Positions 1 to 14,010 of a stretch of 64,000 nt of DNA are shown here, in pieces (position 1 is the stretch's first letter; every line of letters begins with the position of its first letter). The stretch comes from Eledone cirrhosa (Eukaryota). The stretch lies in assembly GCA_964016885.1 (NCBI GenBank), contig OZ024741.1:54746001-54810000 (forward strand). Reading direction: 5' to 3'. The notes beneath the pieces were generated by a model. It did not search any database. It was not told where the DNA came from and saw only the letters and a list, made by a program, of their open reading frames with translations. Made by a program: the position numbers and the translations under genes.

Positions 1-965
1 TTAACCAGATTCATCATCTTAAGAAACACATCAGTCACTAAACAACACAAATAATATACAATTTCATTGACTGAGGACGAGGTAATTTTCTTTTACATTC
101 TATTTTATCACGAATAAGTCGTATTCAATCACCTCAATATTCTGATGGTGTCTATCTATAAACTTTATAGCATTATACGTTTCAATGTTTAAAAGAAATA
201 CAGAATTATCTGATTGAGAGGAAGATAAAATATTAAAGTATCTTTTCAAAAGATTACCAATGTTGAAGATACAATTCATTTTCAAGGATCTACCAGCTAT
301 TAATAACATCTTTCATTTCATAGAAGCAACCAATAGATTTAACAGCAAAAACATTTAAATATGTATCGTATATTTCTTTATTTTATAGCATTTTATTAGA
401 CATTATTAGTGTGGTAACAGATATCATTATTTTAGTCGGTTATGGCTTTCTTGCTTTATAAAGACGTTTAAATTCATTATAAAAATTTAATAGATGAATA
501 AAGTTGACTACTTGTCCTTATAGATGTGTGTCGAGGGAGATACTGTGTGAATCAGTGTGTTGGTGTGAGTGTGTATGCGTCTGTGGGTGTGTATCTGTGT
601 GTTTGCTTGTGTATTTATGCTTTTGTGTGGTTCTATATATGTTTGTGTGCGTCATTGTGTATGTGTTTGCGAGTGTGTTTATGTGTGTATGCATGTGTGT
701 CTGTGCGTGAGTGTTTTGTGTTTATGCCAGCGTGTGTGTGTGCGTGTATGTGTGTGTTTATGTGTCTGTGATTGTGTATCGAATCCTCTTAAGAAACGCT
801 CTCTCCATATTCCGAAACTTTGTGAGCATATATCATATATATATATATATGTGGAGGGTTTTATTTTCTGTTTCAATAATTAATTTATTCATTTTCATCA
901 AACAATAAACCTCGTCACCGTACAGAAGTGAGTGTATATGTGATAGTCAATGTGTGTGGAGAGTT

Positions 966-972
<7 letters not shown>

Positions 973-1047
<75 letters not shown>
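973..1047. repeat. (TA)n microsatellite
   Basis: Pure TA dinucleotide run. Confidence 0.95.
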
Positions 1048-1051
<4 letters not shown>

Positions 1052-1363
1052 AACTCTCCATTTATATATGTGTTTGTATGTGTGTGTGTGCGTGTAGTTT
1101 TATGTGCGTTTGGATCTAATCTCATAAAAATATGTAGAAATGCTTAACTAATTAAAACAAATTCCATAAAAAGTCTGCCTGTGGAATGAAATCGATAAGA
1201 CAATATTATATACTAATATAGAAACATAGGCTATCTCCAGATCCCTCTGCAACTACAGAGTTCGGGGTTCTGTCCCTCTGTACAGCACTTTAGGCAAATA
1301 TAATCATTTGCGAGAGCCTCACCATGTAATTAATTTGGTAGACGAAAACTGCAGTAGCTCGTT

Positions 1364-1364
<1 letters not shown>

Positions 1365-1426
<62 letters not shown>

Positions 1427-1465
1427 CACATACACAGACGCACACACACATACACAGACGCACAC

Positions 1466-1530
<65 letters not shown>

Positions 1531-1532
1531 AC
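1365..1532. repeat. (CA)n microsatellite, interrupted
   Basis: CA runs with short interruptions. Confidence 0.95.
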
Positions 1533-1737
1533 AAATAAACAAATAAACAAACACGCACGTATTTTAATAATTTGGCTGGTGATAACAGTACTTAAACTCG
1601 AATGTCAAAGCAGCACCGCGTTTAGCGATTTTTAAACACACCGGGCCAATTAAACATTTGTTAATATTTGGAATAAACCCTACTGTATAACCTATCCATG
1701 TTATTCTTCACTCCTTCATTTTATATATATATATATA

Positions 1738-1877
1738 TAACAAAGGAAATGTGGTAAGGAACCAGGTGGACCATAACGCACCAAAGTAATCAATACTTAG
1801 GGTAGTAGAGTGGGTAATAGGAACGAGTAGGACCCCGACGGCTGAGCTCAGGCCGTTTCGACGGCTAATTCTGGACG
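1738..1877 (-). mobile_element. ~140-bp dispersed repeat (family P) flanked by (TA)n; carries the 3' half of a hammerhead-like motif
   Basis: Similar copies at 10909-11046, 15174-15302, 28549-28712, 30408-30582, 33959-34100 and 34500-34605, each adjacent to (TA)n. Confidence 0.8.
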
Positions 1878-1899
1878 CATATATATATATATATGCCAA

Positions 1900-3000
1900 T
1901 TTCTGTCTGTCTGTGTATCTGTGTATAACCAGTTGGCGCCTACACCAGTGATGAAACTTTAGACACTTGTTAAGCTAATATTCAGAAACAGGTTTGGTTA
2001 ATTGGATTTTAATAAAAATTAATAATGGAATCCCTGGAGACATCTTTACAATGGAGGAGGAGAGAGAACACCTGTTTCAGTGAGAGAGGAGGAAGAGGAG
2101 GTACTAGTACTGTATGTTAAACACTCCTTCCCACCACTCCCCTTCCTCCTCCCGTAACTGAGTCCTCCAAAACGAGGCAACAACTTATTAGAAATATACA
2201 TAAAGAAATGTCCAACAAAGCAGACGACAATCTAATTTTGGTTGACGACTGAACAGATGTCTCTGTATATATATATATATATATATATATCACATCCACT
2301 GATATGGATTCTGAACACGTGTACACGCTTAGGTCACATTAAGGTCAACTGCAGGAATCGGGGATAAGTTACAGAAAAGTGTGATGATCAATGACCTGGA
2401 AGTTGGCTTACCACGAGACTAGTCCGAAGAATAAAACCCAAATCGTATGTTGACGAATATTCGTACTCCCGACATGTTAATTGTAACATGTCGTCTTTGA
2501 GAGTAGAGATTATTTTGTCGATATTTCGAGGTGTCGAATCGTGGGAAGATTAACACGAATTAAGAAGATATAACTTCTCCCCCATTATTGACACTTTGCA
2601 ACAGTGAACGTTACAAGGCCCTCTTTAGGGCCAACATTTCTGATTGTTTATCAGACTTATCATGGTGTGTTTTCTCGGGTTATGTCTACTATAGGGGGAA
2701 AACGTGATGGTTTTATTGAATTGCTTCATTCATTCGAAGGGCTTTACAAACGGTGATATACAGGGTTCTTGAACAGTACCTGAATATGTTCACTCGGTTA
2801 TAATTTCTTCAATAATTGCGATGACTTCCTCAGTTCTTCTGTGTTTGTTCTTGAGCGCTAATGCAGTAAGTTTGCTATTCTTATACATAAGTTTGTTGAA
2901 TAAGTTCGATACTCTGCGAGCTCAAACTTCCCCGGCTTATTCACTCTGAATGAAGAAAGCTGGATGGAAGAAGGACTTATGACTTAAACAGCTATTGGTA
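1900..3000. mobile_element. Possible highly decayed Helitron remnant
   Basis: Minus-strand remnants loosely resembling Helitron Rep motifs (PSRF...TFT, PRNIDKIIS); weak and disrupted. Confidence 0.25.
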
Positions 3001-3279
3001 GTTCCACACAAAAAATTAAACTGCCATAAACACACCTAGCAAAGGTTGCTATTGAAAATCCAGTATGGGCATCCAGTGTCGCTACCATTTTCATGCGCAC
3101 TCTGGGAACTGCAAATAACCCACCTTTCCCGGTATTATGTGACACAAGTTACGTGACATAAACACAGAAACAAACGTAACGATTGAATGGGGAACCTAAT
3201 GATTGCTAAGGGAACACTTCACTTTAACTAATCAGCTATACTGCGTCCACAGTAGAAGAAAAAACAAAAATGAAATAAT

Positions 3280-3415
3280 TGTTTCTACTTTTGCCAGCAA
3301 TTACCCTAGTGCATACTGGTGCTTTTATTTTTATCGACTCCGCAAGGATGAAAGGCAAAGCTAACCTAGGCGGGATTTGAACTCAGAAGGCAAAGGGCCA
3401 TAACTTTATGCTGCC
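3280..3415 (-). mobile_element. tRNA-derived SINE, partial
   Basis: Reverse complement of the SINE body and tail (GGATGAAAGGCAAAG...GGATTTGAACTCAG). Confidence 0.75.
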
Positions 3416-3670
3416 AAGAATGAATAATGAGTTCTAAGTTAGGCAGAATTTGGCCTAAAGGGGAACGTTGATTAAATCGATTCCAGTACTTGGTTTTTAC
3501 TTTATGTTATCGACCCCTGGAAGAATGTAAGTCAAATTTGAACACAACAGGATTTGAACACAGAATGTGAAGAATCGTAACAAACACTGCAAATTATTTT
3601 CGTCATCGCTCTAAAAATTCTACCAATTTCCTACCCTCACAAAAACTAAATCATTATTTCTAATATTGAG

Positions 3671-3850
3671 GTGGATTGGCAGTATCGGTAGAGGATCGGA
3701 CGCCATGCTTTCCAGCATAGTTACGTCCCTTTACGATCTGAGTTCAAATCCCGCCGAGGTTGACTTTGCCTTTCATCCTTACGGGGTCGATAAAATAAAG
3801 TACCAGTAATGCACTGGGTAATTGCTGGCCTTGTGCCTAAAGTAGAAACA
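3671..3850 (+). mobile_element. tRNA-derived SINE (young), inserted at the head of an older SINE at 3870-4085
   Basis: A box TGGCAGTATCGG, B box GTTCAAATC; ATTATTTCTAATATTGAGG duplicated on both sides (TSD). Confidence 0.9.
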
Positions 3851-4267
3851 ATTATTTCTAATATTGAGGGTAGTGTACTGGCAGTATCGGTAGAGCGTCG
3901 GACACTATGCGTCGTGACAAGGAGTTATGGCCCTTTACGTTCTGATTTCAGATCCTGCTGAAGTTAGCTTTGCCTTTCATCCTTACGGGATCGATAAATA
4001 AATTACCAGTAATGCACTGGGGTCGATTTAATTGACTTCCCCCTCCCTCAAAATGTTTCACCTTCTACCTAAATCAGAAACCATTATTTTTTAATATTGC
4101 TACAAGGTAAGCAATTTGAACGACTGGGAAAGTCGATTATATCTAGTATTTTTTTTTATTTTATCTACTCCGGAAAGATAAACATCAAAGATTTGAACTC
4201 ACAACGTAGAAAGTGGTAACTAAAAACCACAAAGCATGTTTGTCCAACGCTCTACCGATACCACCTG

Positions 4268-4408
<141 letters not shown>

Positions 4409-5860
4409 TATCGATTTAAAGCCTTTTCAGAATGATTAGACTTGTGGCGTATTGGTCATTAGCTCAACAGAGTCCGTTAAGCATTCATTACCTTCAAACG
4501 TAGAAACGTTTATTGGGCATATAAGAATTCTAGTCCTTGAGAAGGACTAGAATTCTTAAGAAAGTGTACATGCTGGTCGTGGGTGGTAGTCACAGCAGGC
4601 AACTATCTTATATGTATATAGCTATGTTACTTGAGTTATCTCTGAGTGGATATGATAACCGTCTATTGTTTTATAGGATATAAAACCGAACGTATGTAAC
4701 TACTCCTCATCTATATAATAACACTAAAAAAATACTCAGAAAGAAAGAAGAAAAGAATCAAAGAAAGAAGGAGAGAGGAAAGAAAGAAAGAAAGAAAGAA
4801 AGAAAAAATTAAAAGGATGCATGAAGGAAAAAAGAAGTATTAATGGAAACCTATAAAAATTGAATAAAGGGAAAATGAAAATGCAAAAGAAAGAGATTAA
4901 AAAAGAAAAAAAGAAAGAAAGAAGAAATGAGTGACTGAATGGTACGAAATGGAAAAAAGAATGAAAGGAAAAAAATTAAAGAAAGAATCAATCAAACTGC
5001 GGAAGCAAGAAAGGAGGAACGAACGAACGAAAGGACGAACGAAGTAAAGAAAAAAGTAAAAAGAAAGCAACAATGAATTAATGAAGGAATGAATGAACCA
5101 ATCAATTCCTCAAAGAAATAAGGAAGAAAGAAAGAAAAGAAGGAGGGATGAAAGGAAGTAAATTGGCAAAGAATGAAGAAAATATTTTTAAAAAACATGA
5201 AAGCACCGACAACAATATCCAATAAAAACAACAGCAATATCAAGAACAAAATTAACGAATAAATATACTAAAATGATTGCCCTGTGGTATTATTATTATG
5301 TTGATAGGGTAGATGGAAGAGAAAGAGAGAGTGGCAGAGATAGATGAAAGGAAGAGAAAAGTAGAGAGTTCTGTTAAAGATAGAGATGTCGTCAGTTAGT
5401 GAGAGAGAAAGAGAGTGAAAGAGACAGGGGAAAAAGAGAGAAATGTAGAGAAAGCAAAAGAGAGATGCGTTAAAGATAGAGGAGAATACACTTATATTCG
5501 AACAGTTTGTTTACGATCACAGATATCACTATATTAAGTTATCTTTGACATCTAAACCTTGAATCAAAATGGCGAATCTTCACTTTTTCGGTGTTTTTTC
5601 AACGTCGAAGGCGACAGAGATCAAATTACGTCATTTAATCCGCCATCTTTTTTCTATCCGTTTTTTTCTTTATCTTTTCAAACCTTCAAGACATTTAATA
5701 TTATATTGATATATTGAATTTCTTCTAATCGTGTATTATGTAAGTTTGTGTTTGTGTGTCTTATACACATATACATATATATAGAAATATTTATGTGTAT
5801 GTGAAAATATGTGTATATATGTGGCTTAGTGTATATTATGACACTCTCTCTCACTCTCTC

Positions 5861-5961
<101 letters not shown>

Positions 5962-6829
5962 AGGGCGTGTCTTTGTGAGTATGTGGGTATTAGTGTGTGT
6001 GTTTGTGCGTGAGACTGGTTGACTGGTTGAAAAACTAAACTAAGATTAACGATAACATTCGCTTTATACAAGGTGGTGGTGATGATAGTGGTGTTGGTGG
6101 GAGGTCGTCGTCATTGTGTTTATGGTGATGGAAACGGTAACGATGATCATGAAGTATATTGTGGCAATTATAACAATAATGAAAATTAGGTCGATAATGA
6201 AGAAAAGTGTTTATGATAATCAACGTTTCCAACAAGTTATTTTTGTTATCGTCTATCCCCAGGTCAGCCCTTATCGAACTGACGTACGATCAAACTCATA
6301 GCAGCCACGATCATCTCGACTTTTCTACCGCAACTTTTCTATACTCTAAATTATATTATCTACTCACCCTTTTTTACGGCAGTAATGTTTTCTTTGAAGT
6401 ATATTTGGCTGCTGTTTCTAGCACGCCGAGCATTCTAATATACCGGTTGTTGTTCCATGGTTATCTTTGAAGCTTTCTGTCAACATGCGTGATTTGTTGC
6501 GGGAGAGCTATACTATTACCTGGGTGTGAGATTTTTGATCATCATTCAGAGAATATTTTTCATGAAGCTGCTACCCTACTTTCATGGTGTCCTCTGTTTC
6601 GTGTAGACAGACATTGTCTATGGATGAGCTTCTATGCTTGGTGATCAGTAGATGTCGGAGTGATATAATGCGAGATTCTACAGCTGTTAAGTCTCTGCTT
6701 CAATGTTTAGGGTTTAACGTTTAAGGTATAGCCAATCTACGTCACTGTTGAAGATGGTGCCAGTTAGAAGGTTTTAAGTTTTAACATCAATGGCCGGGAT
6801 CACATCTAGCGCCTGTCAAATAGTCTAAA

Positions 6830-7320
6830 TTCTGATATTTTTACAGGTACGGAAAATATAGAGAGGTGCCGCCTTTATTAGCTGCCTTTCAGCTAGTTTT
6901 CAGCAAATGAATGTAATCTTGGAAATATGTTTTGTGAAGCATTTAGTTGGCGGTCTGTGTCCCAGACTGCCGCATTATTTTCTAAAAGGAAATTCTATTC
7001 TTTATGCATTGTTGATGTTTTGTTTTCAATATATTTTTTTCTTTTTTTTTAAAGGCAAGTATAGTGGGAAAATTAAAAGCATAATAGCCATTTTGGTGCT
7101 CCGTTAAAACTCGTGGAAAGTATTTATAGAAAAGGCACAGAGGGGCAACATTTCGACAATGCAATAGTGATTGAAGACGACAGGATCAATAATTTTAACG
7201 ATCCTTCTTTGGATATTATCCACATACCCAAGTGACACGGTGGGAGCACAAGACCAGATGTGACGACTGTACACAATACAAGGCCGAATGGTAGAGTCAT
7301 AAAGGTATCCGGGCAATAAT
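6830..7320 (-). mobile_element. CR1-group LINE, 3' RT/thumb remnant
   Basis: LYDSTIRPCIVYSRHIWS...DNIQRR...HCRNVAPLCLFYKY resembles the C-terminus of CR1/Zenon-type ORF2. Confidence 0.65.
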
Positions 7321-7570
7321 ATCCACTCTACTCGTAATTTTGTCCCAGTTGTTAAGCTGGCTGAAATAGAAACACACGCATGTTAAGAGGACTGTACACC
7401 CAAGTGCCTTTATTGTAGTGTTCAACACCTCTATCTACGGGCTGACTGACACTATAGCCGTCACATCACCCACATATACTAACATAGCTTTCCCACATCC
7501 CAATTCGAACGGTAATGCCCGCAACAACTTAAATTTCTAAAGTAGTGGCGAATAATAACAACAAATATTT

Positions 7571-7742
7571 GTTTCTACCTTTGGCAGAAAGCCAGCAATT
7601 ACCCAGCACATTACTGGTACTTTATTTTATCAAACCCGTAAGAATGAAAGGCAAAGTTAACCACGGTGGGATTTGAACTCAGTTCGTAAAGGGACGTAAC
7701 TCTATGCTGGAAAGCATGGCATCCGACCCTTTTACCGATACT
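7571..7742 (-). mobile_element. tRNA-derived SINE
   Basis: Reverse complement of the 3671-3850 copy. Confidence 0.85.
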
Positions 7743-7785
7743 GAAGAAGAAGAAGAAGAAGAAGAAGAAGAAGAAGAAGAAGAAG

Positions 7786-7837
<52 letters not shown>

Positions 7838-7859
7838 GCAACAACAGCAACAACAACAA
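7743..7859. repeat. (GAA)n(CAA)n compound microsatellite
   Basis: Direct inspection. Confidence 0.95.
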
Positions 7860-10023
7860 GGGACCGATAAAGGGGGAGAAGAAGAAGGGGCTGATAAAGT
7901 GAAAAAGGATAGAACTTTTGAAGATGATATGCCGGAGGCGGACTGCATGGCTTGACTTTATGAAAATCGAAGATGCTGTCAAATATTCTGTACATTCACA
8001 CCTACACGTACAGTTATATATGTGGTATATGTGTGTGTGCATGTGTTATATACGTATATGTACATGTATATATATATATATATACACATAAGGATATATA
8101 TATATATATATATATATTATACATATACATACATTTACATATATATATCCTTATTTGTATAGGTATATATATATATGCGTGAATGTGTGTATATATATAT
8201 ATAGTACATGTATGTATATTTATATATATATATATATTTTAAAGAGAGAGTAGAGGAGTAAGAAAGAGAGGGAAATGTTTGCCAACTACATTCTAAAAAG
8301 CGACATCACACCACTGCATACCCATATATACATGTATGTACGCATGCGTGTAAAGTACATATGCATTATACATGAATGTACATACATATATAGGTATGTA
8401 TATACGTACATATGTATATACGTGTGTGTGTATGCATGTATGTATTTATGTGTGTTTGTACTTATGTGTGTATTATACATTATATATGATTATGTATGTA
8501 TGTCGTACGTATGTACGCATGCATGTATGTGTTTATATGTATATATATATGTATGTATGTACGTATGTATGTTTGTACGTGTATGTATGTATTTGTGTAG
8601 GTATGTGTATGCATGTATTTATATATGTATGTGTATGTATGTGTTTGTATGTGTATGTATGTGTATTTATATATGTATGTACTTATATGTATGTATCTAT
8701 CTACGTACGTATGTATGTATGAATGTGTGTGTGTATGTATGTATGTATGTATGTAAGTACGTATGTATGTATCAATGTGTGTATGTACGTATGTACGTAT
8801 GTATGTATGTGTGTATGTATGTATGTATGTATGTATGTATTTATGTATGTATGAACGGAATTTTGCAGCAAAATCACTTTGCTCAGCTGATGACAAGTTA
8901 TAATAATGACTGAGGCGGAAGACAAAGGACCAAAGAAATTTGTGTACGGACATACAAAAGCACTGAAGTGTATTGGTATTGAACTCATGAGGTTTACAAT
9001 TACCCCCTGCGGCTAGTTGGAAATCGACCAGATCCAATATGAGAAATAATGCAGAAAAAATGATTGGCGGTGAGGATAATCAAGAAACGAAACTTGATAA
9101 AGTACAACGGAAGAGAATATATTTATCAACAATTAGAATTAGCTCTTGGCAGCGAGTAAGTGTAATGTTAAAAACAAAATAGTTGCAATAAAGACTGACA
9201 CGCAAGTTGTGTTGACACAGGCAAAGAAACAAACGAAAAACTTTAAGATGATTAGATCAAATATCAACAACGTATTTAAATTGTACTCCAAGACCAAACC
9301 TTTCTTCACTTCTATAGATTCAAGTATAACAAGTACTTATTACGTTCATCCATACTAACTTATAATCCGCAATATCTACAGCACTATAAACTACTGTTGT
9401 AACCTGTATTAGGAAGAGTATTGCTACGTCACACAATGCATATATATACATACATAGATATATATATATGTGTGTATATATATATTGTTTTTTTTTCTTT
9501 TATTTAGGTTAAAACTGGTCATTCCGTGTGGTCAACCTCGATGTAATATTATGGAGAGCACTCAACGTAATGTAACTCACCCGTCTTCGTTTGTGTAGTT
9601 GGTGGTGCGAGTACGGAGTTAATTATTATAAAATAACAGGAGGCTTGACTGGTGTAAATCCTTGAAAGGTTTATTATACTATGATCATTTCAATGACGGG
9701 GTTCCATATGAATCCGGTGACATCAGCAGGTAATTCAAAATATAACAAAGGAATATAACAGATAAAATCCATGGTGCTGAAAATCAGAGACAAGAGAGCG
9801 ACCGACAATTTAGCAGCTTCTACCTCAGTCGGCCGCCCTCAAGTGTTGATTATTAAGTCTACTTATGACCATCTAGTGTGTGGGCGCAAGCTTGTAATGT
9901 GCTACTACCATCCCGTCAGATGGAAATCTCAGCGTTGACGCCAATCAGGCTGGTCATGCGTGTTCGAAATTGCCGCGAAAAATATTTTTTCAAAGAACAA
10001 ATATCTTCAACAAAGACATATAT

Positions 10024-10378
10024 AAGTTTCTTTTATTTGCCACTAGGGCATCAAAAGTGGGACAAGTACAAAGGGGGGAGTTTACACAAAAAGGCGTCCT
10101 CAATAAGGAGGAGGCAATAACAAAATATAAAAATAAAATAAGATATAACAAAAAATAAAATTTTTAACAAAATCCTCAATAGAGAGGAGGCGCCTTGGGG
10201 GGTCGCACACACCCCCGAAAAAAGTGTGCAACCCTTTTCCTCAGGAGCACAGAGAGGGGGTGCTCCCTCGTTCCTTCCTCTTTTCCACCTACAGGCTTAT
10301 GTAAAGAGAAGGCCCATTCACACGGGCCATTCTCGCCACTTTCACCCACCTTTCATAAAAACGACTGGGGTGCAGACA
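10024..10378 (-). mobile_element. Tx1-like LINE, 3' end fragment
   Basis: Matches 34815-35165 (3' UTR and last codons). Confidence 0.9.
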
Positions 10379-11042
10379 TATATAGAGAGTAAAAAAGGGA
10401 CAGAGTGATAGAGAGTGACAGAGAGAGTAAAACATAGAGAGAGTGTGCGTGAATGAAAGAGAGAGAGAGAGATTGACAGAGAGAGTGTGTGTAAGTGATA
10501 TAGAGAGAAGGTGACAATTTACAGAAGGAGACTTATATGAAAAACATTAAGTGAAAAATAACGATAAATTTTCAGGGTAGTATATAGAGTAAATATTACG
10601 CTTTTGCTTAGCGGTCAATAACCAGCGACGACTGCGGACACCCCGCCAGCCAGCCCCACCCACGTACCAGCCATTCCGAGTAATATCGTCTAGCGAAAGA
10701 AATGGAAATTAATTTTTCCGAGCACTCCAGGAATGTAACTGTCTTAGGCGTCGGATGTGTTGCGGGAAGTCCCCCAGCGCCGGCTGGCCATCGTATATAC
10801 CAAACGGTTCCTATTAGATCACACAGGGTGGGAATTTAGTTAAGTGCTAGTAGGAAGAGGCATGATACGGGTATTTTCTATATATATATATATATATATA
10901 TACATATAGGAAATAGCCGTCGAAATGGCTTGAGCTCTGCCGTCAGGGTCTTGAATAATTTCCTATTACCCACTCTACTACCCTAAGTATTGAGTACTCT
11001 GGTGCGTTATGGTCCACTTGGTTCCTTAACAGACTTCCTTCG

Positions 11043-11093
<51 letters not shown>

Positions 11094-11149
11094 TGTGTGT
11101 ATACATACATATATGTGTGTGTGTGTGTGTGTGCTTGTGTGTGTGTGTG

Positions 11150-14010
11150 TATGGCTCTACAGGATGTAAAAATGCTATTTTGCTTGGAACAGCTGGAATA
11201 CTCCGGAGGGTACTCTAAAAATAAGGAGTGTTACCTCAGTTCACTGGTAGTGAGCAGATAACACTGTAATACATCTCCAGCCTTAGGAGCTGAGCGAAGA
11301 AACAATAATAACAATAATAAATAGTTCAAATAACGGTGTAAAGGAGGCTGGAAGAATATTTGTCTATTGAATAAGGTGAACAAAAACTAGCGAGTCAGGC
11401 TCGTGTAATAAGAACTAATGGATGGATAAGCGAGTTAGAATTGGAGAAACTGATTAAAGATTAAGATTAAAATGGAAATTAGAGTAGATTAGGCAAATGA
11501 AACTGTAGAAAGCGGGGCGAATCAGGTAAATGAGAAAATGAGGATGAAGTGGTTGGGGGACTTGAGGAAGGACCCAAGGAATCTTATCCGAGCTATTGCA
11601 GCACTTGTTGAGGAAAGATTACAACTAACGAAAACAAAGCAGAGTAAGTAAAAGAACCATGGTGGAAACGTCGCATTGAAAATGACGTTACGGTTAAGGC
11701 AAGATCTAAGTAAAATTGAGGAATAGTTTAGAGGAAAATGGAAAAACAGAAAAACGACGGACCGAGAAATAATAGACATGTAGTATAAAATACGTAAAAA
11801 GAGATTCTATATGGAACAATTAAAACAGGATTTTGTCGAGAACCAGAAGATATGAAGATACGTGAACAGAAATAAGCAGTGATAGGCGAATGGGTTGTTC
11901 CAACATAATACAAAACAATTCTTCCGCGATTGGAAGGAGACAATGGAAAGGATCCTGTTCCTATTGCTTACCAAGCCAAGGACTTCTTAAATGGGTATGG
12001 TGAAACACTGTGATTCACAGACGGGAGGTCGAGTATATAGAAACCATCAAGAGTTCCAAAGACGAAATAAACAGAGAGTTGATATGAAAAATCAATAAGT
12101 TAAGGCGCCAAACTGGAAAACTTCCTGTCCAGATGTGATGCATAGCTTTTGGCTGAAGAGATGCAATTTGGTTCATGAAAAACTGGAAACTCAATTGAAT
12201 GAATGTATCAAGAGAAGTGCAGTTTCCTCTTGGATGGTAACAGAAAGAACAACGCTTATAATAAAAAATAAAAGTAAGGAGAATGCTGTGGGAAATTACC
12301 GTCCTAGAGTATGACAGAACACGATATGGAAGGTACTTACTAGAATATTTTCGAAGAAGGCAAAGACCTTTATTTTACAGGAAGAAATATTACCAAGGAA
12401 ACAAAAAGGATGTAGGAAAAATTCTCGGGGTAACAAGGATTACCTGGTCATCGATAAGACAGTTTTGAGGCATTGTAAAAATAAACATAATACCAGCATT
12501 TCTATGGCTTGGATTTACTTTAAGAAAGCATATGATATGGTAGCTGGTTCTTGGATTATTAAATGCCTGAAGATGTTCAGAATTGCAAACATTACAAATT
12601 TTCTTCTGAATAGTATGCTAGAGTAGAAGACTAAGTTATATTCGAGTAATGTATTGGAGAAGTAGAAATTAAAAGGGGTATCGTTGAATGGGATTCATTT
12701 TCATCATTATTATTTGTCATTACACTTGTACCTATAACACTAACACTTAGGAAATTTAAAATGGGTTACCGATGTGGAAATAAAGGACCATTCATAAACC
12801 ACCTTAGGTTTATGAATGACCTGAAACTGTTTGAGAAGTCTGAAACCCAGATAGATTATTTGGTTAAAACAGTCCAGATATGTAGCTGTGACATCGGTGA
12901 GGGATTTGGGATCTACAAATGCTCTGTGCTCAATATGTAAAGAGGAAAAATGCAGCCTGTAGTGGATGAAGGTTGCCATCGGGGGAATCGGAAGATGGTG
13001 AATAGAAGTATTAGGGTTTTGTAGAATCGGGTGACATGCAGAAATGAAAGAAAAATTTAGAGAGACAAATCTAAAAAGGGTAATATTTATTTTTAAATAT
13101 AATCTGAATGCAAGAAACCTAGTCACTGCAATGAATACCTTGTCAGTTGCAGTGATTAGATATAGTGCATCCATTCTCAGGATGAAGAAGAAATAACAAA
13201 GTTGTATAGAAAGATGAGAAAGATAATGACATTGTATGGACCTTTACACACCAAAGTGAACAATATGAACAAATTGTTCATGAAGAGAAAGAATGATGGT
13301 AGGTGCCTCGTCAGTATGGATTATTGAATAAAGAATGAAAGGAGAAAGCTTGCAAAATATTTGGTCAATAGAAACGAATAGTTGTTGCAACATGCAGCAG
13401 AAGATACGGTTATATATGCAGATGAAATGGCTGATAAGGAAGTGTTTAAATAAACAGTTGAAGAGAAAGATCTTCTGGAAATGAGAATGCACGAGCAATT
13501 TGAAAGAAATACATAGAATATCCAGAATAAAAGATCATGGAAATGATTTAAGCAAGGTTATTTGAGAGATACCACTGAAAGCCTTATAACTACAGCATAA
13601 GACCAATCTTTTGATATCAATTCGGTTAAATATAACATCTCCCTTACTATCCTCCGGAGAAACAACTTCTCCATTCTGTCCGCAGGGGCTGTGGGGAGGC
13701 CAGCACGTGGGACCCCATTTTCTCACCATATGGAGAGATGAGAGAGGGTGAGAGGGATGGAGGCGATGACAGTGGGAGTTCGGCTCTTCCACGTTCGGAT
13801 CATATCCTTGTGGTTGTGTTCATCAAGCCCTAGTGCAGTAATGAAATAAATGTAAAGATAATTAACATGAATAAAACTTCTGACACCCAGAAATGCAGGT
13901 CCTGTGAAAAGAATGCGGAAAATATCGCCCACTTGGTAAATGGATGCGAGAGCCCGCGCAAAAAGAATACAAGCGGCGACATGATAAAGTCTGTTCGCAA
14001 CTTCATTAGT
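11150..14010 (+). mobile_element. Decayed R4/Dong-type RLE non-LTR retrotransposon(s): the 3' end of one copy, a (TAA)n-like spacer at ~11303-11322, then the RT and zinc knuckle of a second copy
   Basis: Remnants ILLGTAGILRRVL; PNWK..PD..H.FWLK; MAWI.FKKAYD; INHL.FM.DLKL; CRSC...ENIAHLVNGC...YKRRHDKV; many stops and frameshifts. Confidence 0.8.
13645..13790 (+). mobile_element. CRE-like retrotransposon 3' end inserted into the Dong-like remnant
   Basis: CTCCGGAGAAACAACTTCTCCATTCTGTCCGCAGGGGCTGTGG matches 49530-49575. Confidence 0.6.

Noticed and set aside
100-309. 69-aa minus-strand ORF at the window start
   Set aside because: No recognisable motif; too short and disrupted to call
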